From positions 31,447 through 95,446 of the forward strand of contig CAZOLJ010000002.1 of NCBI GenBank assembly GCA_964580575.1: a stretch of 64,000 bases of DNA, written 5' to 3'. This DNA comes from an uncultured Desulfobacteraceae bacterium. GTDB taxonomy: Bacteria > Desulfobacterota > DSM-4660 > Desulfatiglandales > HGW-15. How positions within the stretch are numbered: the stretch's first letter is position 1; each line of letters begins with the position of its first letter. This document shows, in pieces, positions 17,432 through 26,379 of this stretch. The translations under genes were made by a program, and so were the position numbers. Below the pieces are notes generated by a model. The model did no database searches. It was given only the letters and a program-made list of their open reading frames with translations, and was not told the origin of the DNA.

Positions 17432-17582
17432 GAAATTCGAAATCCGAAGCACGAAACCCGAAACAACACTCAATGATCAGAATTCAAATGACCAAAAGCA
17501 AGGCCCTGGACTTCTGTTTTGAACATTGAAGTATTTGAACTTTGAGTTTGTTTCGAGTTTCGGATTTCGTGCTTCGAATTTG
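17432..17582. repeat. About 150-bp inverted repeat built from NNNCGAA heptads (largest copy of the family)
   Basis: The left arm is aaattcgaaatccgaagcacgaaacccgaaacaa and the right arm is ttgtttcgagtttcggatttcgtgcttcgaattt. The central part contains ttcaaatgaccaaaag / ttttgaacattgaag. It fills the whole gnd-pgl spacer. Confidence 0.75.
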
Positions 17583-17614
17583 GCGAACCAAAGGGTCCGC
17601 TTTGGGAGCGATCG

Positions 17615-18304
17615 TTGGAGATTAGAGTATTGGCGGATGCTGATGCGGTTGCCCGGGACGCTGCCGTTTTCATCGCCGGGGAGGCTCGGGCTGCCGTGGC
17701 CGACCGTGGCCGGTTCATTATCGCGGTGAGCGGCGGTCGCGCACCATGGCAAATGCTGCGCCACCTAGCAGACGAGGAGTTACCCTGGAAGGGCGTGCAC
17801 GTCGTGCAGGTGGACGAACGTGTGGCTCCTGCAGGCGACCCTGACCGGAACCTGACGCACTTAGCCGAGAGCTTGCTCGAACGTGCGCCGCTGCCGCCCG
17901 AACGAATCCACGCCATGCCGGTGGATGAGAAAGACCTGGAGGCCGCGGCCAGGCGCTACGCTCTGACTCTCCGGGAGATCGCCGGCTCGCCGCCGGTGCT
18001 GGACCTCGTCCACCTGGGTCTCGGTACCGACGGCCACACCGCCTCTCTGGTGCCGGGAGATCCGGCTCTTGATGTCACGGACGAGGATGTTGCGTCCACC
18101 GGGCCGTACCAGGGGAGGCGGCGTATGACCTTGACCTATCCCATCCTCAATCGTTCCCGACGTATCCTTTGGATAGTGACGGGGAGTGAGAAAGCGGACA
18201 TGCTGGTGAGGCTGAGGAATGGTGATCCATCGATTCCTGCCGGCAGTGTGCGCCGGGATCATGCCCTGGTGCTCGCCGACCGAGCGGCGGCTGAAAGATC
18301 CTGA
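17615..18304 (+). CDS. pgl: 6-phosphogluconolactonase
   Basis: The TTG start has GGGAG 6 nt upstream. Motifs are ..RGRFIIAVSGGRAP...VHVVQVDERVAP..DPDRN.., ..LGLGTDGHTASL.P and ..WIVTGSEKA. Confidence 0.85.
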   Translation: MEIRVLADADAVARDAAVFIAGEARAAVADRGRFIIAVSGGRAPWQMLRHLADEELPWKGVHVVQVDERVAPAGDPDRNLTHLAESLLERAPLPPERIHAMPVDEKDLEAAARRYALTLREIAGSPPVLDLVHLGLGTDGHTASLVPGDPALDVTDEDVASTGPYQGRRRMTLTYPILNRSRRILWIVTGSEKADMLVRLRNGDPSIPAGSVRRDHALVLADRAAAERS

Positions 18305-19009
18305 AAGCCTTCTGAGCGGCAAAGGTCCGAATCGCGAAAGTCGGGAAAGGAAGGTGGCTCCATCATACTGGGCAAGAAGGTGCGCAGTAAATCCAAGCGA
18401 AGCCTCTGAAGGAGAAGGCTGGATGTTAAGCTTTAATGGTCGAAGATCGACATTCGGGACAGCATGTAGGATGCGTTCAACAGCATCCCCCGCAGGCAAG
18501 CTCACGGTCCACCGCCTCGCGACATGCTTCAAGTTGCGGGAAGGTGTGTACAGTCTCACGGCGCCACCTCGCTCTCGCCGAATGGCGACCGCGCCCAGTG
18601 GCTGAGCCAGTTGGACGAGCTGCAGTTCTGGCGTATCTGTGGGCGGGAGAAACATCAGCCCGGCAAAGCTATCGTCTTTCCATGCAAGGAGCGCACGACT
18701 CCCCTCCGCTGCCTTCCGAGCCAGTTCGCGAGCCTCGATGGACAAAGGAAGAAGGGAGGAGAAGTTCGTGTCTTCGGGGGCGATTATTGCCCCATAAGGC
18801 GGGATCAAACCCTCGTGCACGAACGGCTCCAAAGCAACCAATAGCTCGCTTAAGATATGCTCACGAATCTTCTTCGAGCGTGCCCAGCCCGGAAACAAAT
18901 GCTGGTCGCTCACCCCAGCGAGGTTAAGTTCCTTTCGCAGCAAATCGAGTCGGTTCTTGTCTGTGTTGTCCAGCGTCACTGCAGCCTGACCTCCTGATGC
19001 ACCTGACAA
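17861..19009 (-). pseudogene. Orphan ORF of unknown family; only about 18305-19009 is plausibly ancestral coding sequence, the rest is antisense to pgl
   Basis: The 382-aa ORF overlaps the complete pgl gene by 444 nt in its 3' part. It starts 4 nt after the stop of the Lon-like fragment, so the two were once an operon. I recognise no family. Confidence 0.3.
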
Positions 19010-19013
19010 GACT

Positions 19014-19340
19014 TCATTCCAGAATTGCCCTCATGAATGCGTCCGCGGGGTCCGAGTAAAAGACGATTTTCACCTTCGTCGCCATGTCGTCCGGGAGGTC
19101 CAGAAGCTGCCTTCGCGATGAAATCGGCATGAGAAGGTGGTCATTGACCCATGCGAGCAGAGCCTCGAAACCGACGGCATAACCCGGTCGTGGTATATCG
19201 CTGGACGGATCGGGGTGCTCCTTGATAGTGCGGGTCTTGTTGTCGCCCTGGCAGACTATAACGCGCGGCCCTTTACGAGCCAATCGGTCAAACCTGCGAA
19301 GATCAGAGGCAAAGTATTCACGCGAAATAGATAAATCCAC
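19014..19340 (-). pseudogene. C-terminal fragment of a Lon-protease-like protein (BrxL-like tail pattern)
   Basis: ..HLLMPISSRRQLLDLPDDMATKVKIVFYSDPADAFMRAILE resembles the extreme C-terminus of Lon-like proteases (..vLlP..n..dl.dlP.e...kl.i.FY.dp.dA..kAl). The ORF begins exactly at the junction with the transposase remnant. Confidence 0.3.
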
Positions 19341-19344
19341 TGGA

Positions 19345-19560
19345 CTACGATGCGATCAGACGATTTTCCTTACGGGACTACAATCGAGGAAAGACTATCC
19401 CGACAAACTTCGCAGAGTCAAATTCTTCGATGAAGAGAAGCACAGAAGTTTTTCCTTCCTTACGAATAATTTTATCGTGCCCGCCTTAGAGAACTTCAGA
19501 ACCTACTTCGGGGAAAATACTCTCCTTTCAAATATCACAGGAGATCAGGAAAGAAGAAGG
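19345..19560 (+). mobile_element. Remnant of an IS4-family (DDE_Tnp_1) transposase gene
   Basis: DQTIFLTGLQSRKDYPDKLRRVKFFDEEKHRSFSFLTNNF matches the conserved DQ.I.LTG....YP..LRR....D.E......FLTNN block. Only this short internal piece is present, with a further internal deletion. Confidence 0.5.
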
Positions 19561-19681
19561 CTTGACATCGGAATATGTGTTCACCTATGCTAGGCGCGCT
19601 ATTGACCGAGTGGGCAGGGCTTTCAGAGGAGCCCCTTCCACAGAAGTCATCCCTCTTGTAACATATTGAAATCATTCCTAT

Positions 19682-19755
19682 GCCCCCGTAGCTCAGGTGG
19701 ATAGAGCACCAGATTCCTAATCTGGGTGCCGCGTGTTCGAGTCACGCCGGGGGCA
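19682..19755 (+). tRNA. tRNA-Arg (anticodon CCT)
   Basis: A manual cloverleaf gives acceptor GCCCCCG/CGGGGGC, D stem GCTC/GAGC, anticodon stem CCAGA/TCTGG with loop TTCCTAA, and T stem GCGTG/CACGC with loop TTCGAGT. CCA is not encoded. Confidence 0.9.
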
Positions 19756-19781
19756 CTTTTCTTTCCCACATAATTTTTGGG

Positions 19782-19810
19782 TTGACATTCGATAAAATGC
19801 TGCGTAATTA
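19782..19810 (+). promoter_or_regulatory. Candidate sigma-70 promoter of the rplU-rpmA operon
   Basis: TTGACA (19782-19787), a 17-nt spacer, then TAATTA (19805-19810). Confidence 0.45.
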
Positions 19811-19840
19811 TAAATGTTTCCGATTGGGAGGATGAGTGCA

Positions 19841-20152
19841 ATGTACGCAGTGATCGAAACAGGCGGCAAGCAGTACCGGGTGACCCAGGGCCAGGATTTG
19901 AAAGTGGAAAAGATCCCGGGCCTGGCGGGAGAAGAGGTGGTTTTCGACAAGGTGCTCGTGGTGGCGGACGGCGAAAACGTGACCATCGGCAAACCTTACG
20001 TGGAGAATGCCAAGGTGCTTGCAAAGCTCGCTCGGCAGGCCAAGGACCGGAAGGTCCCTGTGTTCAAGTACAAAAGAAGAAAGGGCTTTCGCCGTAACAA
20101 GGGGCACCGGCAGGATTTTTCGCTGGTGAAGATCGAAGCCATCCAGGCTTGA
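19841..20152 (+). CDS. rplU: 50S ribosomal protein L21
   Basis: MYAVIETGGKQYRV, with the RBS gggagga upstream. Confidence 0.95.
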   Translation: MYAVIETGGKQYRVTQGQDLKVEKIPGLAGEEVVFDKVLVVADGENVTIGKPYVENAKVLAKLARQAKDRKVPVFKYKRRKGFRRNKGHRQDFSLVKIEAIQA

Positions 20153-20219
20153 TCTCCAGACACGGCTAAGCGAACGAATTCGACACGCTGAGAATTCTTG
20201 AAGAAGAGGAACAGAGAGT

Positions 20220-20474
20220 ATGGCACACAAAAAGGCAGGCGGCAGCGCCAAGAACGGTAGAGATAGTGCCGGTCAACGATACGGAGTGAAGAAATACTCG
20301 GGCCAGAAGGTTCGGGCAGGCAACATCCTGGTTCGGCAAATGGGAACCAAGGTCCACCCGGGCGTGAACGTGGGGGTCGGCAAAGACTTCACCCTTTTCG
20401 CCAAGATCGACGGCATCGTCACCTATGAAAGAATGGACCGGTCCCGAAAACAGGTCAGTGTCTACGCGGCTTAG
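20220..20474 (+). CDS. rpmA: 50S ribosomal protein L27
   Basis: [41 protein letters not shown]. Confidence 0.95.
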   Translation: MAHKKAGGSAKNGRDSAGQRYGVKKYSGQKVRAGNILVRQMGTKVHPGVNVGVGKDFTLFAKIDGIVTYERMDRSRKQVSVYAA

Positions 20475-20510
20475 ACTTCATCCGCACCCCTTCCTCATTC
20501 GAGCCAATCT

Positions 20511-21530
20511 ATGGGTTTTATTGACGAGGTTCTGATCACCGTCCGCTCAGGGGACGGGGGAAAGGGCTGCGTCAGCTTCAGGCGCGAGAAATTCATCCCC
20601 AGAGGGGGACCGGACGGAGGAGACGGCGGCAAGGGAGGAAGCGTCTTCTTCCGGGCCACCGAACGACTGGCCACCCTTCTCGATTTCAAATACCGCAGAC
20701 TATTCAAAGCGCGAAACGGCGAACCCGGAAGGGGCAGGAGCCAGACCGGCAAAAACGGCAAGGACATTGTCATCGAGGTCCCGCCCGGCACCCTTCTTTA
20801 CGCCGAAGAGACAGGCCGGGAGATCGCTGATCTCGTGCGTGACGGGCAGGAGGTCCTGATCCTAGAAGGAGGCCAGGGAGGCAAGGGAAACCAGCACTTT
20901 GCCACGTCCACCAACCGGGCCCCTCGCATGGCGCAACCAGGGATTCCGGGCGAGGAGAAAAGGCTGAGGCTTTCCCTCAAGTCCCTTGCGGACATCGGTC
21001 TCATTGGACTGCCCAATGCCGGCAAATCCACGCTCCTGTCCCGGCTCACCACAGCGACGCCCAAGATCGCCGATTACCCCTTCACGACCCTCATCCCCAA
21101 CCTGGGCGTGATGACCCTGGGCGAAGACAAGAAGCTCACAGTGGCCGACATCCCCGGCCTTGTGGAAGGGGCCAGTGAAGGCAAAGGGCTGGGGCACCGC
21201 TTTCTCAAGCACATCGAGAGGACCAGGTTGCTTCTTCACGTGATGGACCTCACCTATTCTCCGGCTCAAGCTCTCCTGGAGGATTTTTTTGTGGTGAGAA
21301 AGGAGCTGGAGGATTACCATGTGAACGTGGCTGCAAAAGACCAGATGGTGGTCCTCAACAAAATAGACCTTTACTCCACTCCACACCGGGATGTAAGAGA
21401 AGTGAAAAAGGCTCTGAAGGCCCTGGGGCTCGAATCCTATCCTGTTTCGGCGCTGACCGGAGAGGGGCTGGAGGAACTCAAGATCGCTTTGTTCAGGAAG
21501 TTTTACGATGGTCCATCTAGAAAACGATGA
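20511..21530 (+). CDS. obgE: GTPase Obg/CgtA
   Basis: The Obg fold (FIDEV.I.VRSGDGGKGCVSFRREKF.PRGGPDGGDGG.GG) is followed by the G domain (GLPNAGKSTLL, DIPGL.EGAS.G.GLG, NKID). Confidence 0.95.
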   Translation: MGFIDEVLITVRSGDGGKGCVSFRREKFIPRGGPDGGDGGKGGSVFFRATERLATLLDFKYRRLFKARNGEPGRGRSQTGKNGKDIVIEVPPGTLLYAEETGREIADLVRDGQEVLILEGGQGGKGNQHFATSTNRAPRMAQPGIPGEEKRLRLSLKSLADIGLIGLPNAGKSTLLSRLTTATPKIADYPFTTLIPNLGVMTLGEDKKLTVADIPGLVEGASEGKGLGHRFLKHIERTRLLLHVMDLTYSPAQALLEDFFVVRKELEDYHVNVAAKDQMVVLNKIDLYSTPHRDVREVKKALKALGLESYPVSALTGEGLEELKIALFRKFYDGPSRKR

Positions 21531-21534
21531 AGCC

Positions 21535-22695
21535 ATGGGAGTTTCAAGGAAGAAACTTCTTCGGCGTGTGAAAAGGGTGGTCGTGAAGGTCGGAAGTGCC
21601 GTGCTCGCAGGCAGGGACGGCCTGAGCCGCAAGGTTCTTTGCGACTTGAGCGATGACATTTTTGGTCTGTGGCAAAGAGGGATCGAGGTGGTTCTCGTCT
21701 CGTCCGGGGCCATTGCCTCGGGCATGAAAAAAATCGGCCTGGCCAGGAGGCCTGATTCCATTTCCCATAAGCAGGCGGTTGCGGCTGTGGGCCAATGCAG
21801 CCTCATGCTGGCCTGGGAAAAAGCGTTCGGCCGCCACGGGCAGAAGGTGGCGCAGATCCTGATCACCCGGGACGACTTCAACCACCGGGGCCGTTACCTC
21901 AATGCGAGGAACACGATTTTCACCCTCCTTTCCTGGAAAATCATACCCATCATCAATGAGAACGACACGGTGGTGGTGGAAGAAATCAAGTTCGGGGACA
22001 ATGACAGCTTGAGCGCCATGGTGACCGACCTGCTGGACGCAGACGTGCTCGTCATGCTCACCAATGAGGACGGACTCTACGACAAAGACCCCCGAACGAA
22101 CGAGGATGCAAAGCTGATCAGGGTCGTGGGGCGGGTGAGCCGGGAGACCCTGAGATATGCCGCTTCAAGACCGGGAAACCTGGGCACAGGCGGGATGCAG
22201 AGCAAGGTCAGGGCAGGCCAAAAAGCTTCTCTTGGCGGAATTCCTGTGGTGATCGCCAACGGCACCAGGCCGGGTGTTCTCGGAGAGATCTTCAAAGGAA
22301 AAGACATCGGGACGGTCTTCCTTCCTCAGGATGTGAACCTGTGCAGCCGGAAGCGCTGGATCGCCTTTACCAAGGCTCCCAAAGGGGAGCTGGTGGTGGA
22401 TCGCGGCGCGGAAAAGGCGCTGCTGGGAGGCGGCAAGAGCCTGCTTCCCTCAGGCATCCGGGAGGTGAGGGGACACTTCGGCCACGGCGACTCGGTGGTC
22501 GTTGTGAACGAGTGGAGCGAGGAACTGGGTGTGGGAATGGTCAACTATGACTCGGGCGACATCCGGAAGATCATGGGCCTGAAAACAACGGAGATTGAAT
22601 CCGTCCTGGGCTTCCGGCATGACGACGAGGTGATCCACCGGGACAACCTGGTCATGACCCGGAACCTGGAACAGGGAGAGGCGGTATGTCTTTAG
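21535..22695 (+). CDS. proB: Glutamate 5-kinase (with PUA domain)
   Basis: Motifs are VVKVGSAVL, INENDTV and FGDND.LSA, with a C-terminal PUA-like segment. The start is chosen at MGVSRKK. Confidence 0.9.
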   Translation: MGVSRKKLLRRVKRVVVKVGSAVLAGRDGLSRKVLCDLSDDIFGLWQRGIEVVLVSSGAIASGMKKIGLARRPDSISHKQAVAAVGQCSLMLAWEKAFGRHGQKVAQILITRDDFNHRGRYLNARNTIFTLLSWKIIPIINENDTVVVEEIKFGDNDSLSAMVTDLLDADVLVMLTNEDGLYDKDPRTNEDAKLIRVVGRVSRETLRYAASRPGNLGTGGMQSKVRAGQKASLGGIPVVIANGTRPGVLGEIFKGKDIGTVFLPQDVNLCSRKRWIAFTKAPKGELVVDRGAEKALLGGGKSLLPSGIREVRGHFGHGDSVVVVNEWSEELGVGMVNYDSGDIRKIMGLKTTEIESVLGFRHDDEVIHRDNLVMTRNLEQGEAVCL

Positions 22696-23942
22696 AAAAC
22701 ATGATCAAAGACATGACCAAGGCGGGGAAAGAGGCCTCGCGGGAGCTTCGCAGAGTGTCAAGGGCCGGGAAAGATGATGCTCTCCGGCTCATGGCCGAAA
22801 AGCTGATGCAAAGGGAAAAGGCGATCCTGCAGGAGAACGAGAAAGACCTTGCTCTCGCCAAGGAGCAGGGCATGAGCCCCGCCCTGCTGGACCGGTTGGC
22901 TCTCGATGCAAAGACCTTGCAGTCCATGGCTGAGGCGCTCGGCGAAGTGGCGGCGCTTCCGGACCCTGTGGGCGAAGTGACGGGCATGTGGAAAAGACCC
23001 AACGGGCTGCAGGTGGGCCGTGTCCGGATCCCCCTCGGCGTCATCGGTTTCATCTATGAATCCCGGCCCAATGTCACGGTCGATGCGGCAAGCCTCTGTC
23101 TCAAGGCCGGGAACGCGGTCATCCTCAAGGGAGGGGCCGAGGCTATTCGTTCGAACCTGATCCTCGGGCATATCCTGGGCGAGGCGCTCAAAGAGACGGG
23201 ACTCCCGGCTGCGGCGATCCAGGTGATCCCCACCACAGAAAGGGAAGCGACCCGCATTCTTCTCCAGCAGGAACAAGAGGTGGATGTCATTATCCCGCGC
23301 GGGGGCGAGGGCCTGATCCGCTTTGTCACAGACCACTCGCGAATCCCGGTGCTCCGTCACTACAAAGGGGTCTGCCATGTGTATGTGGATGAGTTCGCAG
23401 ACCTGGCCATGGCTGCCGAGATTTGTTTCAACGCCAAAGTGCAGCGTCCGGCCGTGTGCAATTCCATGGAAACCATGCTGGTCCACGAGAGCGTGGCGGA
23501 GGCGTTTTTTCCGGCTATGCTCAAGCGGTTCCGCGATGCAGGGGTGGAAATCCGCGGGTGTCTGAAAACCCTGGCCCTCATGCCCGAAACCAAGCCGGCC
23601 GAACCTTCGGACTGGCCTGCGGAGTTCCTGGATCTGATCCTGGCGGTCAGGGTGGTCAAAGGTCTGGAGGAGGCGCTGGATCACATCGAGACTTACAGCT
23701 CCAACCACACGGAAGCGATCGTCACAAACAACTATGACCGGGCTCAGAGGTTCCTTGGAGAGGTGAACTCCTCGGTGGTGCTGGTCAATGCTTCCACCCG
23801 GTTCAACGACGGGAATCAACTCGGTCTCGGATCGGAGATTGGAATCAACACGTCCAAACTCCATGCCTTCGGCCCCATGGGCCTGGCAGAGCTAACCACT
23901 CAAAAGTTTATCGTCTATGGCAGCGGGCAAATCAGGACCTAG
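22686..23942 (+). CDS. proA: Glutamate-5-semialdehyde dehydrogenase
   Basis: Motifs are IYESRPNVTVDAA.LCLK.GNAVILKGG, CN..ETMLVH, HTEAIVT and NASTRF.DG...G.GAE.G.ST.K.HA.GP. Confidence 0.95.
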   Translation: MSLENMIKDMTKAGKEASRELRRVSRAGKDDALRLMAEKLMQREKAILQENEKDLALAKEQGMSPALLDRLALDAKTLQSMAEALGEVAALPDPVGEVTGMWKRPNGLQVGRVRIPLGVIGFIYESRPNVTVDAASLCLKAGNAVILKGGAEAIRSNLILGHILGEALKETGLPAAAIQVIPTTEREATRILLQQEQEVDVIIPRGGEGLIRFVTDHSRIPVLRHYKGVCHVYVDEFADLAMAAEICFNAKVQRPAVCNSMETMLVHESVAEAFFPAMLKRFRDAGVEIRGCLKTLALMPETKPAEPSDWPAEFLDLILAVRVVKGLEEALDHIETYSSNHTEAIVTNNYDRAQRFLGEVNSSVVLVNASTRFNDGNQLGLGSEIGINTSKLHAFGPMGLAELTTQKFIVYGSGQIRT

Positions 23943-24594
23943 ACTGGGGATCCTGGGCGGGACCTTTGATCCCATTCACTACGGCCACCTGCGTCTGGCC
24001 GAGGAGGTCGGGGAGAGCCTGAACCTCGAACACGTCTATCTCATCCCTGCAGCCCTCCCGCCCCACAAAGGGCAAAGGAGAGTGTCCCCCTTTCAGCACC
24101 GGCTCGAAATGACGAGGATTGCCTCCGCGGAATCTCCTCTTCTCAAAGTCCTGGACCTCGAGGCGAGGCGTGAAGGCTTTTCCTACTCCATTGAAACTTT
24201 GAAGATCTTTCACGGTATGGTTCAGCCGGATCTGGACCTTCACTTTGTGCTGGGCATGGACGCTTTCCTTGAGATCGAAACGTGGAAAGATTTCAGAAAC
24301 CTTTTCAACTATGCCCATTTCGTGGTCATCCAGAGGCCGGGCTTTCCGTCGGACATCCTGGAGTCGTTCCTTCCCACCCTTGGAGTGGCCTTTGCGAAAA
24401 AGGATCCGGGGAATGGGTTTGTGGCGCCCTCGGGATACGAGGTGATCTCCATGGAAGCCACTTTGATGGACATTTCCTCCACAAAGATCAGAGCGAAGGT
24501 TGCAAAAGAAAAATCCATTCGGTTTCTTGTCCCGGAGGCGGTGAGGACTTACATTAACAATAGCAATTTGTACAGGTCCCATGAAAGCGCTTGA
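23917..24594 (+). CDS. nadD: Nicotinate-nucleotide adenylyltransferase
   Basis: Motifs are GILGGTFDPIHYGHL and ISST.IR. Confidence 0.9.
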   Translation: MAAGKSGPRLGILGGTFDPIHYGHLRLAEEVGESLNLEHVYLIPAALPPHKGQRRVSPFQHRLEMTRIASAESPLLKVLDLEARREGFSYSIETLKIFHGMVQPDLDLHFVLGMDAFLEIETWKDFRNLFNYAHFVVIQRPGFPSDILESFLPTLGVAFAKKDPGNGFVAPSGYEVISMEATLMDISSTKIRAKVAKEKSIRFLVPEAVRTYINNSNLYRSHESA

Positions 24595-24943
24595 GAAAGC
24601 CCGATTGTGCCGGGAAATCATCCAGGAAAGAAAAGCAGTGGATCCCGTCCTGATGGAAGTGGGTCGGCTTACGTCCTTTACAGATTATTTTCTGGTGGCG
24701 AGCGGCGCCTCGAGCCGGCAGGTTCAGGCGATCAGCCAGCACATGGCGCGAAGGATGAGGGAAGAAGGGTTCAAGCCCATTGGGATAGAAGGAGAACAGG
24801 AAGGCCACTGGGTCCTCATGGACTACGGCGACGTGGTCGTTCACATCTTCTATCAACCGGTGAGAGAGTTTTACGACCTGGAGGGCCTCTGGACAGAAGC
24901 CACGCGGGTAGAGCCTGATGAGAAGAAGAACAAAAAAAATTAG
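24581..24943 (+). CDS. rsfS: Ribosome silencing factor RsfS
   Basis: The pattern is ..K.A.D...ME.....FTDYF...SG.S.RQV.AI......M...G....GIEG...G.WVL.DYGDVVVHIF....R.FY.LE.LW. Confidence 0.9.
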   Translation: MKALEKARLCREIIQERKAVDPVLMEVGRLTSFTDYFLVASGASSRQVQAISQHMARRMREEGFKPIGIEGEQEGHWVLMDYGDVVVHIFYQPVREFYDLEGLWTEATRVEPDEKKNKKN

Positions 24944-26360
24944 AGCCATCCTGACGCCCATCCTCATTTTCTTTTTCCTCCTGTCCTCAGGGAGCCCCCC
25001 GGCCTTTGCTCTTTCCACAGAAGAAGAGAGAGTGGCGGGTGAGGAATTTCGTGCCAGCGTGCGCAGGCAGCTCGACATGGTGGACGACGGCTTTGCGGAA
25101 GACTATATCAATGACTTGGGCCAGTACATCACGCGCGCTCTTGAGACCAAGGCTTTCCCCTTTCAATTTTATCTCGTGAAGGACAATACTCCCAATGCCT
25201 TTGCAGGCCCCGGAGGCCACATTTTTTTCTTCAGCGGTCTCATCAACATGATGGATGACGTGGATGAACTGGCTGCGGTGATGTCTCACGAGATTGGCCA
25301 TGTGTCGGCAAGACATCTGTCCAACCGCATCGAGCAAAACAAAACCATGGCCATCGCGGTTCTTGCGGGCATGCTGGCCGGCGCTCTGATGGGAGGGAAG
25401 GCAGGCGGGGCTATCGCCACGGGCACCATGGCCGCCGGTCTCCAGAAGCAGTTGGCCTACAGCCGCGAGGATGAAAGGCAGGCTGACAACCTGGGATTCA
25501 AGTACATGGAGGAGTCGCGTTTCAATCCTGCGGGAATGATCACGATTATGAAGAGGCTCGAGAGAATGTCTCCTGGCGGAACCGATGCCATTCCGGCTTA
25601 CCTGCTGACCCATCCCGGCGGACCTGAAAGGGTGGCGACCTCGGAGGCCCTGATGTCCCAGTTCGTCCCAAAGGCGGATAGTGCGGAATCCATCCATTTC
25701 CGGAATCTCTTTCCCTACTTCAAGGCGGTCCTCCTTGCCAAATCTATGGATTTTCAAGGGGCAAACCGTTATTTCGGCAAAGAAAGAGAAGCGAATCCCG
25801 AATCCCCCGTGGTCCAGTTCGGACTGGGAGTTGTGCAAAAAGAAAGAATGGATTACCCGAGGGCCATAGAGCATTTTGAGAAGGCCCTCAAAGGAGCACC
25901 CGGTCTCACCCCGATTCTCCTTCACCTGGCGGAGACCTACCAACTCCAGGGGCAGGATCGCAAAGCGATCGAATTGGTTGAACGGGTCTTTAGGACGGAT
26001 GAGCGCAACAAGGCCGCCATGTACATCACCGCCACGTCGTACCAGAACCTGGAGGACTACTCAAAGGCGACCGTCTTCTACGAGAGATTGGTTTCTATGA
26101 GACCGGTCAAAGACGAGGTTTTCTACAACCTCGGGGTTTGCTACGGAAGGCAGGAAAAGCTCGCGGTGGCACACTACAACACCGGGCTTTACTTTCAGAG
26201 GATTTTCGATTTTCAGAAAGCCAGGTACCATTTCCTCAAAGCCGATCAACTGGCCGGAAACGACCAAGGGCTGAAAAACAGAATTTATGAAGCGGCGAAA
26301 ACCCTCCCGAAGGAAAGTATATTCTCCGGTCCCGGTCAGGAATCAAGAAGCCGCAAATAG
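24918..26360 (+). CDS. Periplasmic M48-family zinc metalloprotease with C-terminal TPR repeats (BepA-like)
   Basis: It has a signal peptide, the HEIGH zinc motif (AVMSHEIGHVSARH), ERQADNLG, and TPR units in the C-terminal half. Confidence 0.85.
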   Translation: MRRRTKKIRAILTPILIFFFLLSSGSPPAFALSTEEERVAGEEFRASVRRQLDMVDDGFAEDYINDLGQYITRALETKAFPFQFYLVKDNTPNAFAGPGGHIFFFSGLINMMDDVDELAAVMSHEIGHVSARHLSNRIEQNKTMAIAVLAGMLAGALMGGKAGGAIATGTMAAGLQKQLAYSREDERQADNLGFKYMEESRFNPAGMITIMKRLERMSPGGTDAIPAYLLTHPGGPERVATSEALMSQFVPKADSAESIHFRNLFPYFKAVLLAKSMDFQGANRYFGKEREANPESPVVQFGLGVVQKERMDYPRAIEHFEKALKGAPGLTPILLHLAETYQLQGQDRKAIELVERVFRTDERNKAAMYITATSYQNLEDYSKATVFYERLVSMRPVKDEVFYNLGVCYGRQEKLAVAHYNTGLYFQRIFDFQKARYHFLKADQLAGNDQGLKNRIYEAAKTLPKESIFSGPGQESRSRK

Positions 26361-26379
26361 CCCGCTGGCCAGGGGGATC

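Noticed and set aside
10161-17582. The heptad and hairpin repeats as a CRISPR array
   Set aside because: There are no regularly spaced identical repeats separated by unique spacers of constant length. The units are 7-nt tandem or inverted arms, and no cas genes are present in the window.
17861-18304. The 3' portion of the 382-aa minus-strand ORF as genuine coding sequence overlapping pgl
   Set aside because: The pgl gene is complete and conserved to its C-terminus. A 444-nt convergent overlap is implausible, and this part of the ORF is most simply an open antisense frame downstream of a truncation point.
18305-19755. An intact tRNA-integrated genomic island with att repeats
   Set aside because: I could not find a direct repeat of the tRNA-Arg end near the pgl-side boundary. 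No integrase is present, and the remnants lie on the 5' side of the tRNA. I therefore describe it only as eroded mobile DNA.
20862-23864. Long minus-strand ORFs (20862-21881, 22758-23864)
   Set aside because: They are antisense shadows of obg/proB and proA.
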